Shown here: positions 1 to 8,823 of the stretch, in pieces
Layout of the letters: the number at the start of each line of letters is the position of its first letter
Position numbering within the stretch: position 1 is the stretch's first letter
Virus record (IMG/VR): IMGVR_UViG_3300031954_000001
Location: 32,001-96,000 of that record
From: a virus
Direction: 5' to 3' (one strand)
DNA length: 64,000 bases
The notes under the pieces: model-generated
The model's input: only the letters and a program-made list of their open reading frames with translations
The model's database searches: none
Told to the model about the DNA's origin: nothing
Position numbers and translations under genes: made by a program

Positions 1-574
1 AGCCGCCGAGGCGTTCCAGCACCGCGCCCAGGGGGACGTCGGTTTCTTCCAGCTCCCGCAGCGCTTCGCGGTCCCACACCCGGCTGGGGATGATCATGGA
101 CGTGACCCGGGCGCACAGCTTGTCGGTCTGCGCAGTGCGCAGCTCACCGCGGCGTCGCATGGCCAGGCGGCTGCCGTCCAGGATGGTCATCAGCTGATCC
201 CGCTCGGCTGAGGTCATCGCCGTCCGGCCGTCGCGGACCACCCGCGCCGAGATCGGCTCGCCGGCCAGCTTCGCGGCCAGGGACGTGAACAGGTTCCCGG
301 CCGCCAGCTTGCGGGCCAGCACGGCTACCGGGTGGGTGTCAGTCTCATCCGGGACATAGCTCGGCAAGCCGTCAGGCGGCCCCGGGATGCGCTCATCAAG
401 GAACCCGCCGACCGCAGCGCACCCCGGGCATCGCTCCCGGGCCTCGGGCGTCAGCGTCTGGCGGATGTCAGCGATCACGTCGAACATGACGCCCATCAGG
501 GTCAGGTCGGCGGGCAGGTCAAGCCCTGCAGGCTGCGCGGAAGCCTTCATAACGGCACGTAACCACGCAGTCAT
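1..574 (-). CDS. Partial ORF (runs off left edge); chorismate pyruvate-lyase (UbiC/UTRA-fold)-like protein
   Basis: Not in the ORF track. Hand translation from ATG 574 stays open to base 1: ...LFTSLAAKLAGEPISARVVRDG...RRRGELR...ARVTSMII...DVPLGAVL, which resembles the UbiC pattern. Confidence 0.5.
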   Translation of the reverse strand, partial: MTAWLRAVMKASAQPAGLDLPADLTLMGVMFDVIADIRQTLTPEARERCPGCAAVGGFLDERIPGPPDGLPSYVPDETDTHPVAVLARKLAAGNLFTSLAAKLAGEPISARVVRDGRTAMTSAERDQLMTILDGSRLAMRRRGELRTAQTDKLCARVTSMIIPSRVWDREALRELEETDVPLGAVLERLGG

Positions 575-716
575 CGAGGGTGTCAATCAACGGAGCGTAG
601 TTTTGTAACTGTTCACTCACGGATTGCGAACAGGCCCCGGACGCCGTGACCGGCGAGCACAGACGGCACAGACCCCGGGGGCTAGCTCATCACACCAGGA
701 CGGCCTGAAAACGGCT

Positions 717-932
717 CTACGACGACCCACCGCGGTCGGAAGCAGCCTTCAGGCGGGCGATGGCTGCGTCATCCCGGGGCCGGTCCTCACCCCAGGCGCC
801 GTCAGGCCGCTGCACGAGCCCGGGGATCTGGGACGGATGCACGTGCCGCAGCCCGTTGTCTCGCAGGTGCAGGTCGAACGCGGTAACTCCGGTGAACACG
901 ATCTTGCACGGGGCACACTCACTCCTGGCCAT
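717..932 (-). CDS. Small zinc-binding phage protein (CxxC...FDxH type)
   Basis: MARSECAPCKIVFTGVTAFDLHLR; TATCAT -10-like hexamer 6 nt before the ATG suggests a leaderless start. Confidence 0.6.
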   Translation of the reverse strand: MARSECAPCKIVFTGVTAFDLHLRDNGLRHVHPSQIPGLVQRPDGAWGEDRPRDDAAIARLKAASDRGGSS

Positions 933-973
933 ATGTCCATGATACCGGGTGGGACCGTCAGTTCTTGCCGGAG

Positions 974-1882
974 CTATCTTGCGTTGATGTCGCCGATGCC
1001 GGACCAGGCCCAGCTGCCCTGCAGCCACTTCTTGCGGTACTTGCAAGGCTTCCTGGACCCGTTCGTGTAGGTGAGCTCTACCCACCAGTCCCTGCTGATC
1101 GAGATGCCTGTACCGCTTACCGCGCCGGACTGGCCAGGGTCGATACGACCCCAGTTTCCCCATCCTGGCGGGAAGTAGATAACCGACCCGTTCTCATCCA
1201 GGCCCGCGTAATGCACGCCGCCGTCCGGGTCTACCGCTGATGAGATGCACACGTCTGCTCCTGTTCCTGGCGGCGCGGGCTGGGCGGACGCGGGCCTGGG
1301 CCACTGGCCGTAGTCCGAAGCGTGCGCCTCGTCCCAGTCGATGGCGCCGCCGCACACGGTCACGTCGTTCTTCACCTGGCGGAGCTGAGCCCGGGGTTCC
1401 CACATGCCCTCGCTCCAGGCGTACGTCTGCCAGCCGTAGGTGATCCGGCCGGTGCCGAACATCCGCTGGCAGAACGTGTCGTCGCCGTACCCGCCCGTCC
1501 TGGCCAGCCCGATGACGGACTTGACCCCGTCAAAGTAGGCATCAGCCGCGGACTTTGCCGAGGAGGACATCGCCTCGTAATCCTGGTCGCACGGGAAGTA
1601 CACGGGCAGCCCGGCCATCCCCAGGCCCGCCACGAAGCTGTCCGCCTTGCGGGCGTCGGCCTGCCCCGCGGAGTAACCGCCGGCCATCTGCGTCTTGGAG
1701 TACTGGTAGACGACGCAGACCGTCATGCCGCGACTCAGGATCTTATCCAGCTCGGACTTGGACAGGTCCTTGGACGGGTCGCCGGAGCCGTAGCGGCACA
1801 GGAACCGCACGCCGTTGTTCCACAGGCAGTCCAGGTCAGGGCGATCCCACGAATAGTCCGCGCCCTTCGCCACCATCGCCAT
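974..1882 (-). CDS. Endolysin 1: DUF1906 (GH25-like) glycoside hydrolase plus C-terminal putative cell-wall-binding domain
   Basis: GADYS..., RY...K.LS..E, VYFPCD, WQTYAWS motifs; GGAGGAG RBS before ATG 1882; C-terminal ~92 aa shared with 38198..39025. Confidence 0.85.
   Translation of the reverse strand: MAMVAKGADYSWDRPDLDCLWNNGVRFLCRYGSGDPSKDLSKSELDKILSRGMTVCVVYQYSKTQMAGGYSAGQADARKADSFVAGLGMAGLPVYFPCDQDYEAMSSSAKSAADAYFDGVKSVIGLARTGGYGDDTFCQRMFGTGRITYGWQTYAWSEGMWEPRAQLRQVKNDVTVCGGAIDWDEAHASDYGQWPRPASAQPAPPGTGADVCISSAVDPDGGVHYAGLDENGSVIYFPPGWGNWGRIDPGQSGAVSGTGISISRDWWVELTYTNGSRKPCKYRKKWLQGSWAWSGIGDINAR
976..1252 (-). repeat. Duplicated C-terminal lysin domain, copy 1 (copy 2 at 38200..38473)
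   Basis: 47-nt exact match 999..1045 = 38223..38269; strong protein similarity across the domain. Confidence 0.95.
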
Positions 1883-1927
1883 GCCCGGGCTCCTCCGCAC
1901 GAGGGGGGTTTCGGGACCAGCCTACGC

Positions 1928-2242
1928 TCACCCGTAATCGCCGGCTTCAGTGTACCCGTACGGGAGCAGCGGGACCGGCGGCGGCGCAGGCGGCAGGGGC
2001 ACCTGCGCCGCGGCCTCGTTCCACACCCATTCCGGCCATTGCCAGACCCAGAACGGATCTTCCCACACCTTGGCCTGCCCGAGACCGTGACAGCGGGCGA
2101 TCCGCGCAGCAAACAACCCTAGCTGTTGCCTGAAGCCGAGGTCGGCGGGCAGGCCGCGGTGTGTTACGTACCAGAGTGCCGTGCAGACCCAGCCGTCAGG
2201 CAACAGTCTGCGATTGTCTGTAACCGGAGTGTAAGGGTTCAC
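1928..2242 (-). CDS. Hypothetical protein (Trp-rich)
   Basis: GTG start overlaps upstream TGA; GGGAG RBS. Confidence 0.6.
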   Translation of the reverse strand: MNPYTPVTDNRRLLPDGWVCTALWYVTHRGLPADLGFRQQLGLFAARIARCHGLGQAKVWEDPFWVWQWPEWVWNEAAAQVPLPPAPPPVPLLPYGYTEAGDYG

Positions 2243-2520
2243 GTGATGCTCCCACCGATGGGAAGGTTGCGGCCCATCGTGCCCGGCCCGCCCGTCGCGC
2301 CGTGCCCGGCCAGCCACCCGGCGCAGAACAGCGCCTCGCCGATCGCCATGTCGGCCTCCCGGTCCCGCTCGGGCAGCTCGGACCAGAACACCGTCCAGGA
2401 CGGGTAGTCCGCGACGTCGGGCTGGCACAGCGCCCAGCCGATCCACTTGCGGCGGACGCGCTCGCCCAGCTCCTCGCGGGTCACCCCGGCCAGGGCCATG
2501 ATCGTCTCGTTCACCGTCAT
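2239..2520 (-). CDS. Hypothetical protein, RyR-domain-like
   Basis: W...W....P.W...W.EL.E.DRE.D pattern; ATGA coupling. Confidence 0.55.
   Translation of the reverse strand: MTVNETIMALAGVTREELGERVRRKWIGWALCQPDVADYPSWTVFWSELPERDREADMAIGEALFCAGWLAGHGATGGPGTMGRNLPIGGSIT
2250..2263. promoter_or_regulatory. Dyad site TCCCACCGATGGGA (copy 1 of 6)
   Basis: Palindromic 14-mer overlapping the RBS of 1928..2242. Confidence 0.75.
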
Positions 2521-3821
2521 GGTCTCGTCTCCTCACAGGCTGCGAACTCGCCCAGGCCCAGGCGCTTGCGGGCCAGCGTGCACGCATCCGGGTCGTTCTC
2601 GGCGCCGACAGCCCGGAAGCCTTCCAGCCCGGCGGCCTGCAGCGTGGTCCCGGTACCGGCGAACGGGTCGATGAGCAGTCCGTCCGGGGGCGTGACCAGC
2701 CGGGCCAGCCAGCGCATCACCGCCAGCGGCTTCACCGCGATATGCGGGTTCACCCCGTCCACCGCGGGGCGCTCGGACTTCGGCGCCTTCGCCGCGTACA
2801 GGAACGGGGCATCCTGCGGCCCCCATTCCGTCTGCGGGAAGAACCGGGCATGCTCTCCCGCCAGGGCGACCGGGCAGCCGGGCTCGCACGACCCGTCGCA
2901 CCCGGGGAAATGGGTGAGGATCAGGTCCGGGGGCCAGCGTCCGGCCGAGCCGTCATAGTCCGTACGCTGCGCCCCGGCCTCCCAGGTGCCGTACGTGCCA
3001 TTCGCGCCCATCCGGTCCGAAGCATTCGAATACCTGGTGTGCTGGTTCTTGCCCTGCGATTCGGCCAGGTCCGCCGCGCTGGCGTGCGCGACCAGGCACC
3101 CGGCGATGTTCAGCGCCCCGGTCCCGTGCGCTAGCACGTTCGCGGCGACGGTGCCGTCCAGTGGCTTACGGGCGACGAGCACCGGCTCGATCGCGGGCTT
3201 GAGCGTGGTACCCCAGCCGTTCCAGCGGGCCGCCTCCGGCGTGGCGGGAACAGTGAGACTGCGACCGGCCGGCCGGACGTAGGCATCATCTGCGAACGTC
3301 AGTCCCTGCGTCGAGTGATCGGCTCGCGGCCTGCGGCTGGCGAACCGCCCCTGGCCGACGACCTCGCGCACCGCCCCCGCCGCCTTGTCGATCGCCTTGG
3401 ACACATCCAGCGATTTCGGGAACCCGCTCCCGTAAATCCAGGCGATGCTGTCCCGGATCTCAAACCCGGCCAGCCGGATGGACAGCCCCATCAGGTCCTG
3501 GGTGCGGGGGGCGGCGAACGCGAGCAGCCACGAGCCCGGCTTCAGCACCCGGTACACCTCGTCCCAGGCGCCGGGCGGCGGCACGAAGGCGTCCCACCCC
3601 CGGCCCATGAATCCCTTGCCGTCCGGGACGTGCAGCCGGTCCCCGGCCAGCCACGCGGCCAGCGCCTGCTCGGTCCGCTTGCGCGGATGCTCCGCCAGCC
3701 CGTACGGCGGGTCTGTGCAGCAGGCGTCCGCGCTGGCATCCGGCAGCGACCCGAGCACGGCCAGCATGTCCGTGCCGAACAGGGCGACCCGCCCGTCCTC
3801 GCTTGCCCAGCTACTTGCCAC
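2517..3821 (-). CDS. DNA methyltransferase (N4-C/N6-A, beta class)
   Basis: TDPPY near the N-terminus, DPFAGTGTT near the C-terminus; likely GTG start at 3821 overlapping the polymerase end. Confidence 0.9.
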   Translation of the reverse strand: MASSWASEDGRVALFGTDMLAVLGSLPDASADACCTDPPYGLAEHPRKRTEQALAAWLAGDRLHVPDGKGFMGRGWDAFVPPPGAWDEVYRVLKPGSWLLAFAAPRTQDLMGLSIRLAGFEIRDSIAWIYGSGFPKSLDVSKAIDKAAGAVREVVGQGRFASRRPRADHSTQGLTFADDAYVRPAGRSLTVPATPEAARWNGWGTTLKPAIEPVLVARKPLDGTVAANVLAHGTGALNIAGCLVAHASAADLAESQGKNQHTRYSNASDRMGANGTYGTWEAGAQRTDYDGSAGRWPPDLILTHFPGCDGSCEPGCPVALAGEHARFFPQTEWGPQDAPFLYAAKAPKSERPAVDGVNPHIAVKPLAVMRWLARLVTPPDGLLIDPFAGTGTTLQAAGLEGFRAVGAENDPDACTLARKRLGLGEFAACEETRP

Positions 3822-6800
3822 CGGAAATCTCCCCCCAGGTGCGGCCGGGGCCGGCCTTGTCGCAGATAACCGGGACACCACGGAAGTCACCGGTCATGGC
3901 CGCCTCGATCACGGGCACGGCCTCGTCCGCCTCGGCGTCGGGGAGCTCGAATACGAGCTCGTCGTGCACCTGCATCAGCAGGTACTTGTAGAGTGCCGGG
4001 TCCAGCCGGATCATGCACTCGCCCAGGATGTCCCGAGCCCCGCCCTGGCCCATCAGCGCCGGGGCGACGGTGTAGGCGTACCGCGGGTCGGCTTTCATCC
4101 GGCGGCCGAACCCGTTGTCCAGGATGCCGCCGCCGGCCGCGATGGCGCGGACCTGCTCGCGCCAGTCGCACAGCACCGGGAACTGCTCGGTCATCCCGTT
4201 GTCGAACCCGTAGGCCATGTCCGGGTCGACGCCGTCGCGGATCATCCGCTCCGGCCCCATGCCGTAATTCCAGCCGTGGCCCCGGGCCTTGGCGTCCTGG
4301 CGGCGCGGGTGGTGGCCGTCCTTGTCCCGCGGTGCCTCGCCGAACACCCGGGCGGCGATCTCGTCGTGCGCGTCGCGGCCGGGCTCGAACAGGGCCATGT
4401 AGGCGTGGTCCTGGCAGTGCCCGGCGATGGCCCGCATGTCCACCTGGGCCAGGTCGAATGACCACAGCGAGTACCCGGGCCGGGCGACGAAGATGTCCCG
4501 CTCCACGTGCCGGCCCTCGTGCTTGCCGAACACGGTCAGCCCCGGCTCGGTTACCGACCAGCGGCCGGACGCCTGCCGGAAGCTGATCGACGGGTGCACC
4601 CGCCCGTCCGGGCACATCCATGCCCTGGCGGTCTGGTAGACCGTCCGGGTGGTGGTCACGATATTCATGAACGTGATCATCGTGCGCAGCTCGGCCGGGC
4701 AGTCCTTGCGCGCGGTGATCGCCTCCAGCTCATCGGACCCGATGGCCAGCTTGCCGGTGTCGGTCTTCGGCGGATTGACGACGCCGAACCGGTCCCACTG
4801 CGCGGCCAGCCACGCCTGACCGTCCCCGGTAGTCAGCGGCGAGTCGAAATCGGTGTCTACGAAGTGTTCCTTGCCGCGGCCCCGGCCCTTGATCTCCGAA
4901 CGGCTCAGTGGCAGGTCCCACTGCTCGTGCAGGATCTGCATCGCCGCCCGCTTGCGGTCCTCGCCGGCCTGGTAGCGCTCCTCCAGCAGGACCTCATCGA
5001 CCCCCAGGCCGTTCAGCCGCATGTGCCCGGCGATCCGGGCCAGCTTGTGCTCGCGCGGCAGGTACTCATCGGAGTCATAGCACGCGCTCAGGAACGCGTA
5101 CACGGCCCGGGTGGCGTCCAGGTCGCCGTTCAGGTAGGCGCGGAACTCCTCGTCATCGACGGGAATCTTGTCGGCGTCGCCCCATTTCTTGGCCAGGTCC
5201 TTGAAGCTGTCGGTCTTGCCGGGCACGCCGATCCGCGCGGCCACCGCGTCCAGCCCGTACTTGTCCTCGCTGTGCCCCTTCTCCCGGGACCGCGGCGGCC
5301 AGTACTGCCGGGCGATCAGCTCGGTGTCGCGGGCCTTGGCGCAGAACGCGTCCCAGTCCATGCCCTCGTGCCAGGCCAGCGCCAGCCCGTCGAAGCCGAG
5401 GATGTTGTGGCCGTACACCTGGTCCGCCGCTCCCAGCATCGCCAGCAGCTGGCTCACGGGCACGATCAGGTCGGTCCCGGTCGGGCCGGTGATCCCGCAC
5501 AGCCGGACGAACCCGGTGCCGTCCGCCATGTGGTAGCCAGGCTCGCGGCGGAACATCTGGTCCGCCCAGCCGGTCTCCAGGTCGAATCCGAGCGTAAGCC
5601 CGGAAGCGACGACGGGAGGGATGGAGGGACATGCGGGATAGTTTCCGCCCGCGTCTTCTCGTGTGCGCACCCGCGCGTCCGCGCCCGCACGTACCGGACT
5701 GGGTATAGCTGAAACCTCCATTCCCTCCGTCCCCTCCTCACGTACGCGTACAGGCGCGTGCGGACGTGCGTACGCGCGTGCGCGCGAGGGTGATCCCTCC
5801 GTATCCCTCCCGCCCAGGTCAGGTACCGTTTCCGTTTCCGGTCCGGCGGGAGGGATCGGGAGGGATGAAATCTGCGACCCGTCGTCGTCGCGGGTCTGGA
5901 CGAACCACTTCTGGACCTTGCGGTGCCCGATACCCATCTTGATGAGCCGGAACTGCCCGAACCAGCGGGACGCGACCCGGCTGTAGGCCGCGCCCATGCT
6001 CCGGGCGAAACCGCGCTCGGCCGGGTCGTCCAGGCCGGGCGGGCTGTCCCAGGTCCCGCCCGATTCGGCGGCTCGCTGCGCGACATCCAGCACGGTGAAC
6101 TCCCCGCTCCGGAAATGACCGGACAGCCAGGCCAGGTGCTCGGACCAATAGCCGCCGGAGCTGTCGGACTCGCGCCGCCGCTCGGTCAGCCCGGCCAGGA
6201 ACCCGGGTACGCCGGCGTGGTGCAGGATCCCGGACATCATCCGGTCCCACCCCTCGAAACTGCCGAGCGAAGCGCCCCGCTTATGCTCCGGGCACCCGGC
6301 CGCCCACCAGGACCGGAGCACGATCAGCGCGGCGGTGACCAGCTCGGGCCGGTTGTCCAGCGTCCAGGTGCGCAGCTCGGAGTGAGTGAACGACTCAGCG
6401 AGCCGGTCCTCGGGTTCCGGCACGTCCGGGCGCAGGTCGATGAAGTACGACCGCCGGGACATGTCCGCCGGGACGTCGATGTTGTTGCCCAGCGCGATCC
6501 AGGTGACCCGGTTCGGGAAGCTGGCCAGCTTGGATACGCCGAGGATCCGGTCGGTGTAGGTGAGCGAGGTGATCGCCCGGGTCAGCGCGGACCCCGACAG
6601 CTTGACCACTTCATCGAAGACCAGGAACGGCGCGCCGGCCCGGAACGCCGAGGTGATCTGCTTGCGGTTCTCCTCATCGCCTGCCTTGTCCGAGGCCCAG
6701 GGCAGTGGCGGGATCGCCTCCCCGGTGACCATCAGCGAGATGCAGTCGGCCAGCAGGTTCTTGCCGACACCGGGCTGCAGGCCCGACACCACGGCGAGCG

Positions 6801-8115
6801 GAACCAGCGGGACCAGGCCGCGGATGAACGAGGTGAGCACCAGCGCCAGCGCGTTGGCCCGGCTGGACTGCTCGGGAAACGGCATGTCTCCCAGCCAGTT
6901 ACCGAGCAGGAACTGCACGGCCCAGGCGACCTGCTCGGGCGTCGGCGCATCCGGGATGTCCAGCCGGTCCATGCCGGAGTTGCCGATGGCCAGGAAGGTG
7001 CGGCTGGACTCGTCGTAGCCGTTCTTGAAGCACACCGACCCGTCCGAGCGGATGAACGGGGTGCGGCTGATCCGGTCCAGCGGCACGAAGTCATCGCCCG
7101 AGGACAGCACCGCGCCCATCGTCTGCACTTCCGGCCAGGCCGGCTCGAACGTGCCCGGGCTGTTCGCGCCCGGCGGCTTGTACTTGCAGGTGAACGCGGC
7201 CTCAGCGATCCAGCGGGCGAGTGAGTCCCGGTCCAGCGGCTCGGTGGATACGCTGAACGTTCTCGGGTCAGGGGCCGTGTAACGCAGCCTGGTCATCGCC
7301 CCGCCGAAATTGAACAGGTCGCGGCCATCCCACAGCTCCCGCATCCGGGCCAGGATCGAGTGGACGACGACGACCCGGTCCTCGTTGACCACGATCACCG
7401 GCCGCCCGTTCGTCTCCGGCTCCTGGTCGCCCAGCTTCCGGTGCGACGGCCGGCGCTCGGCCGGCTTCGGCTGCGCCCTGGCGAGCAGCTTAGCCATCTT
7501 GTCGGTCCGCCGGCCCTCATCGAACCGGGCCAGGTAATCGTCAATGCCGTCCGTGCCCCACGCGAGCGACGGGACGAATCCGGGAACCGCGTCCTCGGAT
7601 TCCAGCTCGGCGGCCATGCCTTCGGCGGACTCGTAGACGTTCAGGTTGTCGCCGGCGTCGGCGTCGATCAAGATGATCACCGGGTGCCCGGCGAACCGGT
7701 GGAACGCCATCGCGGACAGGTCACGCCAGCCGTCCACGCCGGCGATCCCGTAGACCGCGTACTCGGACGGCGCGTAGCTGGCCACGGCGAGGGACTGCTT
7801 AGTGCCCTCGGCGATGATCACCGGCCCGGCCTTGCTGTCAGCCGGGAGCGGCCGGAGCGCCCACATGTGCAGCGGGTGCCCGGCTTCCCACAGGTACTTA
7901 GGCGTGCCCTGCGGCAGGCCGCCCTCGGGTTCGGGCCACTGGCGGGTCTGCCTGGTCAGCATGTTGTTGTCGCGCCACGGGAAAACGACCCGGTCGCCGT
8001 CCGAGCTGACATCCGCTGCCGCCAGGACCTTGTCGGTGATGGCGTGGGCGCGCAGGTATGCCAGGTGAGTCTCCGAGAGACGGGATTGCACCAGCTGCGT
8101 GTCGTCGTTGCTCAT
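3811..8115 (-). CDS. Fused Toprim primase / P-loop (SF3-like) helicase / family-A DNA polymerase with 3'-5' exonuclease
   Basis: IIAEGTK, DADAG..N, GIDDYL (Toprim); GLQPGVGKN, LVFDEV, GNN, DMSRR (NTPase); FDLETG, HNILGFD, YLNGD (ExoI-III); DLAQVDMR, RQDAKARGHGWNYG, QVHDEL (Pol motifs A/B/C). Confidence 0.92.
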   Translation of the reverse strand: MSNDDTQLVQSRLSETHLAYLRAHAITDKVLAAADVSSDGDRVVFPWRDNNMLTRQTRQWPEPEGGLPQGTPKYLWEAGHPLHMWALRPLPADSKAGPVIIAEGTKQSLAVASYAPSEYAVYGIAGVDGWRDLSAMAFHRFAGHPVIILIDADAGDNLNVYESAEGMAAELESEDAVPGFVPSLAWGTDGIDDYLARFDEGRRTDKMAKLLARAQPKPAERRPSHRKLGDQEPETNGRPVIVVNEDRVVVVHSILARMRELWDGRDLFNFGGAMTRLRYTAPDPRTFSVSTEPLDRDSLARWIAEAAFTCKYKPPGANSPGTFEPAWPEVQTMGAVLSSGDDFVPLDRISRTPFIRSDGSVCFKNGYDESSRTFLAIGNSGMDRLDIPDAPTPEQVAWAVQFLLGNWLGDMPFPEQSSRANALALVLTSFIRGLVPLVPLAVVSGLQPGVGKNLLADCISLMVTGEAIPPLPWASDKAGDEENRKQITSAFRAGAPFLVFDEVVKLSGSALTRAITSLTYTDRILGVSKLASFPNRVTWIALGNNIDVPADMSRRSYFIDLRPDVPEPEDRLAESFTHSELRTWTLDNRPELVTAALIVLRSWWAAGCPEHKRGASLGSFEGWDRMMSGILHHAGVPGFLAGLTERRRESDSSGGYWSEHLAWLSGHFRSGEFTVLDVAQRAAESGGTWDSPPGLDDPAERGFARSMGAAYSRVASRWFGQFRLIKMGIGHRKVQKWFVQTRDDDGSQISSLPIPPAGPETETVPDLGGRDTEGSPSRARAYARPHAPVRVREEGTEGMEVSAIPSPVRAGADARVRTREDAGGNYPACPSIPPVVASGLTLGFDLETGWADQMFRREPGYHMADGTGFVRLCGITGPTGTDLIVPVSQLLAMLGAADQVYGHNILGFDGLALAWHEGMDWDAFCAKARDTELIARQYWPPRSREKGHSEDKYGLDAVAARIGVPGKTDSFKDLAKKWGDADKIPVDDEEFRAYLNGDLDATRAVYAFLSACYDSDEYLPREHKLARIAGHMRLNGLGVDEVLLEERYQAGEDRKRAAMQILHEQWDLPLSRSEIKGRGRGKEHFVDTDFDSPLTTGDGQAWLAAQWDRFGVVNPPKTDTGKLAIGSDELEAITARKDCPAELRTMITFMNIVTTTRTVYQTARAWMCPDGRVHPSISFRQASGRWSVTEPGLTVFGKHEGRHVERDIFVARPGYSLWSFDLAQVDMRAIAGHCQDHAYMALFEPGRDAHDEIAARVFGEAPRDKDGHHPRRQDAKARGHGWNYGMGPERMIRDGVDPDMAYGFDNGMTEQFPVLCDWREQVRAIAAGGGILDNGFGRRMKADPRYAYTVAPALMGQGGARDILGECMIRLDPALYKYLLMQVHDELVFELPDAEADEAVPVIEAAMTGDFRGVPVICDKAGPGRTWGEISGGK
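5614..5867. repeat. Four paired GGAGGGA-type repeats around purine/pyrimidine-alternating tracts; candidate replication origin
   Basis: Pairs at 5614-5630 (fwd), 5722-5737 (rev), 5793-5811 (rev), 5848-5867 (fwd). Confidence 0.6.
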
Positions 8116-8226
8116 CAGCGGTCCCTAGCGGATATAATCGAGTCGGACGTTGACGTGGCTGTCGGCGTGGTCATGCAGGTGGCGATCGGACCGGCTTCGG
8201 GCAGTGGAGCCGGTCCCCGCTGCGTT

Positions 8227-8823
8227 TCAGGCGGCAGGCGCATCGCTCACCACCACCACCTCGTCGTAGTTCTGCGCGAAGTTTCGTACACAACAGCGCA
8301 CCGCGTCAGCTCTTGATTGAGCTGTACCAGCCGCCACCAGGGCGTCGATCACGCTCAGCTCGCGGTAGCCGAGCCAGACCATGACGCGGCCGGTGTCGCC
8401 CTCGTTTGCGTTCCCGTGGCTCAGGCGGCAGGCTTTACCGCCTTGCTTACTTGAGTTGCAAGAAACGCACAGGACCTGGTATCCGTCCGGGAACCCCTGG
8501 GCGATGAGCCAGCGGTAGAACCCCGTACCGGCGCGCTTGTAACCAAACAACTCGATCCGGTGAATGCGGCCGTCGCCGTTTTCGTGATCAATCGACAGGT
8601 CTTCCGTCGCACCGCAGCAGGCGCAAGCGCGCCCGTAGTGATCGAGTACCCGGTCCCGGACTCGTGCCGTTTCAAGGATCCCACGGCGTCTCATGCATTC
8701 CCGGCATGCGGGCTTCAGCCCGGTTCGCCTGCTCCTGTCTTTGTTGAACTCAGTGACCGGGAGCGGGTTCGGTCCGGTATGCCCTGGATCGGAACATAGC
8801 TTCATCTGCTCAGCCGGTGGCAT
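8227..8823 (-). CDS. HNH endonuclease with N-terminal Zn motif and C-terminal ribbon-helix-helix-like domain
   Basis: CACCG...LSIDH...LCVSCNSSK; C-terminus RVMVWL...IDALVAAG..SRADAVR. Confidence 0.8.
   Translation of the reverse strand: MPPAEQMKLCSDPGHTGPNPLPVTEFNKDRSRRTGLKPACRECMRRRGILETARVRDRVLDHYGRACACCGATEDLSIDHENGDGRIHRIELFGYKRAGTGFYRWLIAQGFPDGYQVLCVSCNSSKQGGKACRLSHGNANEGDTGRVMVWLGYRELSVIDALVAAGTAQSRADAVRCCVRNFAQNYDEVVVVSDAPAA

Noticed and set aside
5600-5900. Intein or intron in the replisome linker
   Set aside because: No C/S...HN-C/S/T splice motifs or recognisable intron core
8115-8243. 42-codon ORF coupled to the replisome start
   Set aside because: Weak codon bias and no motif; cannot be supported
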